From: Candidatus Eiseniibacteriota bacterium
GTDB lineage: Bacteria > Eisenbacteria > RBG-16-71-46
Direction of reading: 5' to 3'
Assembly: GCA_031364845.1 (NCBI GenBank)
Contig: JANLWX010000056.1
Coordinates: forward strand, 1 to 47,134
DNA length: 47,134 bases
The notes below the pieces were generated by a model. That model made no database searches. It was not told the origin of the DNA and saw only the letters and a program-made list of their open reading frames with translations. The position numbers were made by a program, and so were the translations under genes. This document shows, piece after piece, positions 21,098-29,669 of this stretch. The stretch's first letter is position 1. Each line of letters starts with the position of its first letter.

Positions 21098-21714
21098 ACT
21101 GGCTTGCCGGAAGGTTCGGCGCCGCCGAGCGGCGTCTCATCGCAATCGCCGCGTTGGTGCTGATGCCGGTGTATTTCCTTCCGGTGCTGCCGGTGTGGCA
21201 GATGAGGATGTGGGCCCCTCAGTATCGCGAGGGGCTCACCCTCACCATCTACTCGAATACGATTCGTGGTGACATTCAGAAAATCAACACGCTCAATCAC
21301 TACGTCGGGATGAAGGCGATCACGCCCGACGACTTCCGCGAGTTCACCTACATGCCGCAGCTCCTGTCGCTGTTCGGGGTGATGGCGCTGCTGGCCGTGG
21401 CGTTCAACCGGCGGTGGATCGCCGCACTCGGGTGGCTCGCCTTTACCGCGTTCGCGGTCTACATGTTTCGTGACTATGCGATGTGGCTGTGGCGCTACGG
21501 GCACGAACTCGACCCGCGCGCTGCGATCAAGCTGCCGACCTTCATGCCGCCGATCATCGGCTACTCGCGCATGGCCAACTTCAAGGTGCTGAGCCTGCCG
21601 GGTTTGGGCACTCTGCTGCTCGGCGGAGCCTGGCTGCTCGGCCCGATCATCGTGTGGCTCGATCGTCGGTCCCACGCGCGCTCCGCCGCCGATGCCGCAT
21701 TGAAGGCGAGCTAA
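21094..21714 (+). CDS. nosB: NosB-like membrane protein of clade II nos clusters
   Basis: APQYREGL, INTLNHYVGM, YGHELDP and PPIIG; directly after nosZ. Confidence 0.8.
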   Translation: MNWLAGRFGAAERRLIAIAALVLMPVYFLPVLPVWQMRMWAPQYREGLTLTIYSNTIRGDIQKINTLNHYVGMKAITPDDFREFTYMPQLLSLFGVMALLAVAFNRRWIAALGWLAFTAFAVYMFRDYAMWLWRYGHELDPRAAIKLPTFMPPIIGYSRMANFKVLSLPGLGTLLLGGAWLLGPIIVWLDRRSHARSAADAALKAS

Positions 21715-21717
21715 AGC

Positions 21718-23148
21718 ATGCGTCCGCGATGGATGGCTCGGGTATTCGGACTGTGGATGCTGGCGGCCGTGGTCGCCACGTCCGCCGCGGTCGTGCCGGC
21801 GCTTGCCGCGCCGCGCACGGTCCGCGTGCCCGCGGGAAGCGCCGCCGCCGCGGCGCTCGCGGGTGCCGCGCCCGGCGACACGATCGTGCTCGGGGCGGGA
21901 ACCCACCGCGGGCCACTGCGCATCGCCGCGGCGATCACGTTGCGTGGCGAGTCCGGTGCCATCGTGGATGGCGCCGGCACCGGGAGCGTGATCATCGTGG
22001 CCAGCGATGACGCGGCCATCGAAGATCTCGAAGTCCGTGGCAGCGGTCACGACGTGATGAAGGTGGATGCTGCGTTCCAGGTGCTGACCAGCGCGCGCGT
22101 GCGCATCCGCCGGGTCGTCATTCATGACGTGCTCTACGGCATCTACGCCGAGCGCGCGACCGCGATGATCGTCGAAGACTGCACGATCGCCGGCCGCGTG
22201 AAGCCGTTGGACGAATCCGGCACCGGCAACGGAATCCACCTGTGGTATTGCGCGGGGGGAACGTTGAAAGGCAATCGGGTCGAGCGTTTCCTCGATGCGA
22301 TCTACCTCTCGTTCGCCAACGACATCGTGGTCACCGACAACCTGCTGCAGTGGAACGGCCGCTACGGCCTGCATACGATGTACTGCCAGACCAACCGGCT
22401 CGAACGCAACACGTTCACGTTCAATGTCGCCGGGTGCGCGCTGATGTTCTCGAACGGACTCGTGATCGACCACAACGACTTCGTTCACAACCGCGGCTCG
22501 CGCACCTACGGTCTGCTGCTGCGCGACTGCTCGGCCGGGACGTTCACCGACAACCGGCTCGCCGACAACACCGTTGCCGTGTTCATGGACGGCTCGAATA
22601 GAAACCGGTTCCGCGGCAACCTGATCGAGAACAACGGCTGGGGGCTCTTGATGTTCTCATCGTGCGCCGGCAATGAATTCGCGTCGAACAACTTCATCCA
22701 AAACGACTATCCCGTGGCACTCGACATGCGCCGCACCAACAACCGGTTCGACGACGGCCGCACCGGGAACCATTGGAGCGAGAACGCCGCCTACGATCTC
22801 GACGACGACGGGATCAGCGACATCCCCTATGCGCCGGTGAGCGCGTTCGCATTCGTCTCCAAGCAGTATCCCGACCTCACGATCCTCGCGAAGAGTCCCG
22901 CGGTGGCGGCACTCGCGGTCGCCGAGCGCGTGTTCCCGGCGTTGCGCCCGAGCGAAGCCGTGGATCGGTTTCCGCTGGTGAGCCCCGCGCGCGCGACATC
23001 GTCGGATCGTGCGGGCATTCCGCTATCGACCGGATCGTCGTCGCGGGGTGTGGGCGTCGGATACGTGTTGCTGCTCGGTCTCGGCGTGTTCGGCATGAGC
23101 GCGGGGCGTGGGCGGCTTCCATCGGCCGCGCCGGGAGAGACCTCATGA
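21718..23148 (+). CDS. nosD: NosD copper maturation protein
   Basis: Beta-helix repeats, GNGIHLW, RYGLHTMY and GNHW...YDLDDDGISD.PY. Confidence 0.92.
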   Translation: MRPRWMARVFGLWMLAAVVATSAAVVPALAAPRTVRVPAGSAAAAALAGAAPGDTIVLGAGTHRGPLRIAAAITLRGESGAIVDGAGTGSVIIVASDDAAIEDLEVRGSGHDVMKVDAAFQVLTSARVRIRRVVIHDVLYGIYAERATAMIVEDCTIAGRVKPLDESGTGNGIHLWYCAGGTLKGNRVERFLDAIYLSFANDIVVTDNLLQWNGRYGLHTMYCQTNRLERNTFTFNVAGCALMFSNGLVIDHNDFVHNRGSRTYGLLLRDCSAGTFTDNRLADNTVAVFMDGSNRNRFRGNLIENNGWGLLMFSSCAGNEFASNNFIQNDYPVALDMRRTNNRFDDGRTGNHWSENAAYDLDDDGISDIPYAPVSAFAFVSKQYPDLTILAKSPAVAALAVAERVFPALRPSEAVDRFPLVSPARATSSDRAGIPLSTGSSSRGVGVGYVLLLGLGVFGMSAGRGRLPSAAPGETS

Positions 23149-24095
23149 TCTCCGTGCGCGGGCTCGTGAAGCGCTACGGCGACATCGTCGCCGTCAACGA
23201 TCTGTCGTTCGAAGTCGAGCGCGGTGAGACCTTCGCGCTGATCGGCCCCAACGGCGCCGGCAAGACGACGACACTCAAGCTGTTGCTTGGACTCGCGAAT
23301 CCCGACCGCGGAACGATCGCGATCGGCCGCGACGGACGCCCTCCGCGCGATGCGCGCGCGCGTCATGAACTCGGCTACGTCCCGCAGAGCGTCGAGTTTC
23401 CGTCGGGGCGCACCGTCGCCGAAGTGCTGACGTACTTCTCGGACCTCCGCGGCCTGCCGCGGACCGCGGTGACGCGCGCACTCGAGCGCGTCGGCCTCGC
23501 GCCCACCGCCGCGCGCCGCGCGAGCGAGTTGTCGGGTGGCTACACGCAACGCCTGTCGCTGGCGCAGGCGCTGCTCGGCGATCCCGCGTTGCTGGTGATG
23601 GACGAGCCCACCGCGAGCCTCGACCCCGAGGCGACGTGGGAGTTCCGCACGCTGATCGAGCAGCTCCAGCGCGAAGGAACCACGATCCTCCTGTGCTCGC
23701 ATCTGCTCGCCGAAGTCGAACGCGTTGCCGACCGCGTGCTGATCCTGATGGATGGACGCGGTGCGGCACTGGAACGCATGGATGCGCTGCGCGCGCGGCA
23801 GGCGAACGCCACGCGTCTCGCTGTGGACGTCGGCGATGCCGTCGAACGCACGACCGCGGTGCTCACCGGACGCGGCATCGTCGTGGATCGCGAAGCCTCG
23901 GGGCGCCTCGTGTTCGACGCGGCCGATGGACGCGGACCGCAGGCGCTCGAGTCGCTGCAGCAGGCCGGTGTCGCGGTCCGCGGGTTCGAAGTCATTCGGC
24001 CGACCCTGGAAGAAGTGTTCTTAGAGGTCGTGCGTCGCGATCCTTCGCGACCGGTCGATTCCTCGGTTAACGGCTCGCCTCGGGGGCAGCGATGA
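23145..24095 (+). CDS. nosF: ABC transporter ATP-binding protein NosF
   Basis: GPNGAGKT, LSGG, LVMDEP and SH motifs; nos context. Confidence 0.9.
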   Translation: MISVRGLVKRYGDIVAVNDLSFEVERGETFALIGPNGAGKTTTLKLLLGLANPDRGTIAIGRDGRPPRDARARHELGYVPQSVEFPSGRTVAEVLTYFSDLRGLPRTAVTRALERVGLAPTAARRASELSGGYTQRLSLAQALLGDPALLVMDEPTASLDPEATWEFRTLIEQLQREGTTILLCSHLLAEVERVADRVLILMDGRGAALERMDALRARQANATRLAVDVGDAVERTTAVLTGRGIVVDREASGRLVFDAADGRGPQALESLQQAGVAVRGFEVIRPTLEEVFLEVVRRDPSRPVDSSVNGSPRGQR

Positions 24096-24505
24096 ACCGC
24101 CGCTACGGATGGGTGCTCATCGCAGCGCTGGCCGGCGCCGTGCTGGTCTCGGTGCTGCTGCGGATGCCGCGCCCGGTCACCGCGACCGCGCCGGCGCCGG
24201 CCGCGGCGCAAAGTGTGGAATTCGGGCTCACGGTTTTCGACGGCCGGATCGAGGCGACCGCGGATTCGATCGAAGCCGGGAGCGCCGTCACGTTATCCAT
24301 CACAAACCACGCAAACACATCGCAGCACGTGCGTCTCACAGGTTACGAAGATCGTGTGGACACCGGCGAGATCGCGCCCGGCGCGACGTGGCGTGGCAAC
24401 TTCATTGCCGACCGTCCCGGCGAGCAATTCGCGTGGCTCGTGAACGACCAACCCATGGGGCGGCTCGACATCAAGGGCTCGCATCTGGTGGAAGGACATC
24501 GATGA
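24092..24505 (+). CDS. Membrane-anchored cupredoxin-like-fold hypothetical protein
   Basis: N-terminal TM and cupredoxin-like strand pattern (AGSAVTLSITN..IAPG...F.ADRPG). No Cys. Overlaps both neighbours (ATGA). Confidence 0.7.
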   Translation: MNRRYGWVLIAALAGAVLVSVLLRMPRPVTATAPAPAAAQSVEFGLTVFDGRIEATADSIEAGSAVTLSITNHANTSQHVRLTGYEDRVDTGEIAPGATWRGNFIADRPGEQFAWLVNDQPMGRLDIKGSHLVEGHR

Positions 24506-25374
24506 ACCCTTCGACGATTGCACACCCGACGTCGACCGGTCTGCGGCCATCGTGGTCACGCATGCGCATCGTCGCGCGAGAAGAGTACCGCCGCGCACTC
24601 GAAAGCCGGTGGCTGTTCGGATTCTCAGGCCTGCTCGCGGCACTGATCCTGGGCCTCTCGTTCTTCGGACTCGCGCAGAGCCGCGAGGTCGGCTATCAGG
24701 GCTTCGCCCGCGTGACCCTGAGCCTCATGAACCTCGTGCTGTTCATGGTCCCACTCACCGGTCTCATGCTCGGCGTGACCAGCATCACGAGCGGCACCGG
24801 CACGTTGCCGCTGCTGCTCGCCCAGCCGGTCGCGCGCGGCGAAGTGTTCCTCGGCAAGTTCCTCGGCCTCGCCGCCGCGATCACGATCGCCCAGGCCGTG
24901 GGCTTCGGCGCGGGCGGCGCGGTGGTGGCATTCAACGCCGGCGCGGATCAGGTGCGCGGTTATCTGATGCTCACGTTGCTGTCGTTCGTGCTCGGCTGGC
25001 TCACGGTGGCGGCCGCGATGCTGTTCGCGGTGCTGTGGCCCGACAAGCTCAAGGCCACCTCGGCGGCACTCGGCCTCTGGCTCCTGATGGTCGTCGCCTA
25101 CGACCTCGTGGTGCTCGGGATCACGGCGATCCTGCGCGGCGTGTCGCTGCAGGCGGTGCTGTTCCCGGCGTTGCTCGTGAACCCGGTCGATCTGGTGCGC
25201 GTGCTGACGACGCTGGCGGCAGGATCGGGTGCGTTGTTCGGACCGACCTCGGCGGTGCTCGTGCGGTTCTTCGGGACCACGGGCGGTATGACGCTCGGGT
25301 TTTCCGTGCTGGTCGCCGAACTGCTGGTGCCGCTCGCGCTCGGACTCTGGGTCTTCCGCCGTCGCGATTGGTGA
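24502..25374 (+). CDS. nosY: ABC transporter permease NosY
   Basis: LLLAQPVARGEVFLGKFLG and NPVDLVR; ~6 TM. Confidence 0.9.
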   Translation: MNPSTIAHPTSTGLRPSWSRMRIVAREEYRRALESRWLFGFSGLLAALILGLSFFGLAQSREVGYQGFARVTLSLMNLVLFMVPLTGLMLGVTSITSGTGTLPLLLAQPVARGEVFLGKFLGLAAAITIAQAVGFGAGGAVVAFNAGADQVRGYLMLTLLSFVLGWLTVAAAMLFAVLWPDKLKATSAALGLWLLMVVAYDLVVLGITAILRGVSLQAVLFPALLVNPVDLVRVLTTLAAGSGALFGPTSAVLVRFFGTTGGMTLGFSVLVAELLVPLALGLWVFRRRDW

Positions 25375-25426
25375 AGGTTATGAGGCGCAGATTGTGGTGG
25401 CGTGAGAGGTGCAGTCATTGGCCCTC

Positions 25427-26521
25427 ATGGACACCTCGCTGGCGTCGTTCGCACCTCCGTTCTGCCCCCGATCATCCTGTCGCTACCATCGTTGCGCCGA
25501 TGGTTGGCAATGGAAGCGCCACGGCAGTTTCACACGCCAGTGTGCGCCCCGCGTGATCCCGCGGTTTCGATGTGTCCACTGCGGTGTCACCTTCAGCAGC
25601 CAGACCTTCTCCACCAGCTACTATCTCAAGCGCCCCGAGTTGCTCGAGCCGCTGTTCCACCGCCTGCTTGCGGGCTCCTGTTATCGCCAGATTGCACGCG
25701 AAGCGCGCTGCGCTCCGACCACGGTCATGGGTCAGGCGGCGCGCCTGGGGCGGCATGCGCTGCTCTATCTCACGCTCCACCGGCCCGATCGGGTGCGCGA
25801 ACCGCTCGTGATCGACGGCTTCGAGAGCTTCGCCTACAGCCAGTTCCAGCCCTTGCACCTGAACAACGCGGTGGGATCGGGATCCCACTTCGCCTACGGG
25901 TTCACGTACTCGCCGCTGCGACGCAAGGGCCGTATGACCGCATCGCAGAAGCGAACCCGTGACGCACTCGAGCTGCGCTACGGCCGGCCCAACCCCAAGT
26001 CGATCGAGCTCGAGGTCGCCGAGTTGCTGCGGATCGCAGCGCCCGGAGAACAAGTGCTGACTGTGCGCTCCGATGAGCATCCGGCCTATCCGCGCGCCTT
26101 TATGCGGGTTGAAGGTGTCCGCATTCAGCACGAGCAAACGCCCTCGGTAGCGGCGCGGACCAGCGGGAACCCGCTGTTCCCGGTCAACCTGTTGGACCTG
26201 CTGCTGCGGCACAACAGCCCCAATCACAAGCGCGAGACGATCGCCTACTCCAAGCGCCACCAGAGCGTGATCGAACGGGCGGCACTGCTGATCCTGTGGC
26301 GCAACTTCAACAAGCCCTTCAGCGAGAACCATGGCGGTGGAACGCCGGCCATGCGGATCGGGTTGTGCAGGACACCGCTCAGCCCCAAGGCACTTCTAAG
26401 AGAACGGCTGTTCGCAACGAGGGTCGCGTTACCGCAACGATGGGAGGAGTATTACCGGCGGCTGGTTCCGACGATGGGAATCCGTCGGCCGCGGGTTCAT
26501 GCGCTGAAGCGCGCGTTCTAG
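25427..26521 (+). CDS. IS1-like transposase (single ORF)
   Basis: Zn ribbon CPRSSC...CVHC, HTH RQIAREARC, IDGFES, RSDEHPAY, KRETIAYSK and TPAM. Confidence 0.82.
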   Translation: MDTSLASFAPPFCPRSSCRYHRCADGWQWKRHGSFTRQCAPRVIPRFRCVHCGVTFSSQTFSTSYYLKRPELLEPLFHRLLAGSCYRQIAREARCAPTTVMGQAARLGRHALLYLTLHRPDRVREPLVIDGFESFAYSQFQPLHLNNAVGSGSHFAYGFTYSPLRRKGRMTASQKRTRDALELRYGRPNPKSIELEVAELLRIAAPGEQVLTVRSDEHPAYPRAFMRVEGVRIQHEQTPSVAARTSGNPLFPVNLLDLLLRHNSPNHKRETIAYSKRHQSVIERAALLILWRNFNKPFSENHGGGTPAMRIGLCRTPLSPKALLRERLFATRVALPQRWEEYYRRLVPTMGIRRPRVHALKRAF

Positions 26522-26529
26522 AAGAAGCC

Positions 26530-26557
26530 CGAGCGCCCCGGAAGCCCGGGGCGCTCG
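26530..26557. terminator. GC-rich hairpin inside the IS right end; probable bidirectional terminator
   Basis: CGAGCGCCCCGG-AAGC-CCGGGGCGCTCG, a 12-bp stem. Confidence 0.65.
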
Positions 26558-26587
26558 TCGTTTCCACAACAATCTTCGCCTCATAAC

Positions 26588-29329
26588 CTACGCTTCGCGC
26601 GGCTCCATCGCTTCGGGATCGATGCCGAACTCCTGCATCGCCTTCGTCACGATGCCCGGCGCGACCAGCCCCTGCTGTGACAGCGTCGACAACGTCGCCA
26701 CCACGATGTGCGCGGCGTCGATCTCGAAATGCCGGCGCAGCGCTTCGCGCGTGTCGCTGCGGCCGAAGCCGTCGGTGCCGAGCGGCACGAACGGCGGTTT
26801 GATCCAGCGCGAGATCATGTCGGGAACCGACTTCATGAAGTCGCTCGCCGCGATCACCGGACCCGAAGAATTCGCGAGCGCTTTCGTGACGTAGGGCACG
26901 CGCGGCGCTTCGCCGGGATGCAGGCGGTTCCAGCGCTCGATCGTGAGCGCTTCGTTGCGGAGCTGCTGGTAGCTCGTGATGCTCCACACGTCGGCGGCCA
27001 CGTCGAACTTCTCGGCCAGGATCTCCTGCGCCTTCAGTGCTTCGAGCACGGCGATGCCGCTGCCGAAGATCTGCGCGCGATGCTTCGCCTGCTGCACGGC
27101 GGCTCGATACAGATACATGCCTTGTAGGATTCCGTCCTCGACGCCCGACGGCATCGCGGGCATCGGGTAGTCCTGATTGTAGAGCGTGAGGTAGTAGAAG
27201 ATGTCTTCGCCGTCCACGTACATGCGCTTCAGGCCGTCCTTGATGATGGTGGCGACTTCGTAGGCGAATGCCGGGTCGTAGGCGCGCAGACACGGAACCG
27301 TGGAAGCGAGCACCAGGCTGTGGCCGTCCTCGTGCTGGAGGCCCTCGCCGTTCAAGGTCGTGCGACCGGCCGTGGCGCCCAGCATGAATCCGCGCCCGCG
27401 CATGTCGCCGAACAGCCACGCGAAGTCGCCGGTGCGCTGGAATCCGAACATCGAGTAGAAGATGTAGAACGGAATCATCGGCTGGCCATGCGTCGCGTAG
27501 CTGGTGCCCGCGGCGGTGAACGATGCCATCGAGCCGCCTTCCGTGATGCCTTCCTCCAGCAGCTGGCCGTCCTTCTTCTCGGTGTAGGAGAGCACCAGCT
27601 TGGAATCGACCGGATCGTATTTCTGTCCGCTCGAGGCATAGATGCCGATCTCGCGGAACAGCACTTCGAGCCCGAACGTGCGCGCCTCGTCGGGAATGAT
27701 CGGAACCACGCGCTTGCCCCACTCCGGATCGCGCAGCAGGTTCCGCAGCAGCTTGCCGAATCCCATGGTTGTCGAAGCGGCCTGCGTCTCGCCGGTGCCT
27801 TGCGCGAACTCGGCGAACACCTTGTCGGTGACCGGCGGCAGCGGCTTCGAGTTCACGACGCGCTTGGGCACCGAGCCGCCGTGCGAGCGGCGACGCTCAA
27901 GCATGTAGCGGACTTCCTCGCTGTCAGCACCCGGATGATAGAACGGCGGATCCTCAAGCTTGCGGTCCGAGATCGGCAGCTCCAACAGGTCGCGGAACTT
28001 CTTCAGCTCCTCGATTTTGATCTTCTTCAACTGGTGGGTCATGTTGCGCGCTTCGCCGCCCGGGATCGTCCAGCCCTTCACGGTCTTCGCGAGAATCACC
28101 GTCGGCTGGCCCTTGTGCTGGGTCGCGGCCGCGTAGGCCGCGTAGACCTTGCGATAATCGTGGCCGCCACGGCGCAGGCCGCGGAGCTGGTCGTCGGTCA
28201 GGTTCTCGACCATCTTGAGCGTGCGCGGATCCTTGCCGAAGAAGTGCTCGCGGATGTATCCGCCGGTTTCGACCGCGTACTTCTGCCAATCGCCGTCGAC
28301 GGTGTCGTTCATGATCTCGACCAGCGCGCCTTCGTAGTCCTGCGCGAGCAGCGCGTCCCACTCGCGACCCCAGACGACTTTCACGACGTTCCAGCCGGCG
28401 CCGGTGTACACCGACTCCAGCTCCTGGATGATCTTGCCGTTGCCGCGCACCGGTCCGTCGAGACGCTGCAGGTTGCAGTTGACGACGAACGTCAGATTGT
28501 CGAGTCCTTCACGCCCGGCGACCGAGAGCGCGCCGAGCGCTTCGGGCTCGTCCATCTCACCGTCGCCGAGGAACGCCCACACGCGCGCGGCCGAGGTGTC
28601 CTTGATGCCGCGCGCCGACAGATAGCGGTTGAAGCGCGCCTGATAGATCGCGTTGATCGGACCGAGCCCCATCGAAACGGTCGGGAATTCCCAGAAGTCC
28701 GGCATCAGCCGCGGATGGGGATAGGACGACAGACCCTGGCCGGGGACGACTTCACGCCGGAAGTTCTCGAGCTGCGCCTGCGACAGGCGGCCCTCGAGGA
28801 ACGCGCGACTGTAGATTCCGGGAGCGGCGTGGCCCTGGAAGAAGATCTGGTCGCCGGTGACGCCGTGGTCCTTGCCCTTGAAGAAGTGATTGAATCCGAC
28901 CTCGTAGAGGCTGGCACTCGAGGCGTAGGTCGAGATGTGCCCGCCGATGCCCGCCGCCTTCGCATTGCCCCGCAGCACCATCACGACCGCGTTCCAGCGC
29001 ACGATGCGCCGGATCCGCAGCTCCATCTGTTCATCGCCGGGGAATGCCGGTTCCTGCTCGGGCGAAATCGTATTGATGTAGCGCGACTGCACGAGCCCCG
29101 GCAGGCCGACCTGCAGCTGGCGGGCGCGCTTCAGCACCCGGCGCAGGATGAAATCCGCGCGCTCGGGTCCTTCGGTGCGCACGATGTCGCCGAGCGCATC
29201 GAGCCACTCCTGCGTTTCGACCGGGTCCGAGTCGGGAAGCTGACGCTTGAACGTGTCGAGGTCCACCCGCGCAACGGGGTAGGCGTCGAGGGATTCCGTG
29301 GGCTTGTCGAGGCTCATGTCGGTGCTCAT
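26588..29329 (-). CDS. aceE: Pyruvate dehydrogenase E1, homodimeric type
   Basis: GGHISTYAS, FPTVSMGLGP, GDGEMDEPE..NCNLQRLDGPV and GEGLQHEDG. Confidence 0.97.
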   Translation of the reverse strand: MSTDMSLDKPTESLDAYPVARVDLDTFKRQLPDSDPVETQEWLDALGDIVRTEGPERADFILRRVLKRARQLQVGLPGLVQSRYINTISPEQEPAFPGDEQMELRIRRIVRWNAVVMVLRGNAKAAGIGGHISTYASSASLYEVGFNHFFKGKDHGVTGDQIFFQGHAAPGIYSRAFLEGRLSQAQLENFRREVVPGQGLSSYPHPRLMPDFWEFPTVSMGLGPINAIYQARFNRYLSARGIKDTSAARVWAFLGDGEMDEPEALGALSVAGREGLDNLTFVVNCNLQRLDGPVRGNGKIIQELESVYTGAGWNVVKVVWGREWDALLAQDYEGALVEIMNDTVDGDWQKYAVETGGYIREHFFGKDPRTLKMVENLTDDQLRGLRRGGHDYRKVYAAYAAATQHKGQPTVILAKTVKGWTIPGGEARNMTHQLKKIKIEELKKFRDLLELPISDRKLEDPPFYHPGADSEEVRYMLERRRSHGGSVPKRVVNSKPLPPVTDKVFAEFAQGTGETQAASTTMGFGKLLRNLLRDPEWGKRVVPIIPDEARTFGLEVLFREIGIYASSGQKYDPVDSKLVLSYTEKKDGQLLEEGITEGGSMASFTAAGTSYATHGQPMIPFYIFYSMFGFQRTGDFAWLFGDMRGRGFMLGATAGRTTLNGEGLQHEDGHSLVLASTVPCLRAYDPAFAYEVATIIKDGLKRMYVDGEDIFYYLTLYNQDYPMPAMPSGVEDGILQGMYLYRAAVQQAKHRAQIFGSGIAVLEALKAQEILAEKFDVAADVWSITSYQQLRNEALTIERWNRLHPGEAPRVPYVTKALANSSGPVIAASDFMKSVPDMISRWIKPPFVPLGTDGFGRSDTREALRRHFEIDAAHIVVATLSTLSQQGLVAPGIVTKAMQEFGIDPEAMEPREA

Positions 29330-29669
29330 TTCGGGGTTCGGTCCTTCTGCATGGGAAAAGGGGCACGCCCGGCGGGCGGTCCCTCGAGATTCCATTGCGG
29401 AGCGGGGAGTTCTGTGGAGCGGCCCCCGTGGCTCCCCTGAACCTCGGAGGATACTGCGAGAGGCGCCCGCGGCCAATCGGCCGGACTTGGATGGACTTGG
29501 GCATGCCGCGTCCCGGTGAGTCTGAAAGCCGGGCGCCCTCGCCACCCAACGGCTCCCGGCGCGGGTTTCAAGGGCTGATTACGGGGCTATCGGCGCGCGG
29601 GGGGACCTTGGTATCTTCCGGCCTCGCATGTTCCCGAGCCCGCCCGGCTGCCCCGAACGGAGAACCCCC

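Larger units (their letters stand above)
25376..26588 (+). mobile_element. IS1-family-like insertion sequence (1213 bp)
   Basis: IRL GGTTATGAGGCGCAGATTGTGGTGG (25376-25400) vs reverse complement of IRR GGTTATGAGGCGAAGATTGTTGTGG (26564-26588), 23/25 identical. GGTnATG ends as in IS1. Confidence 0.88.
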
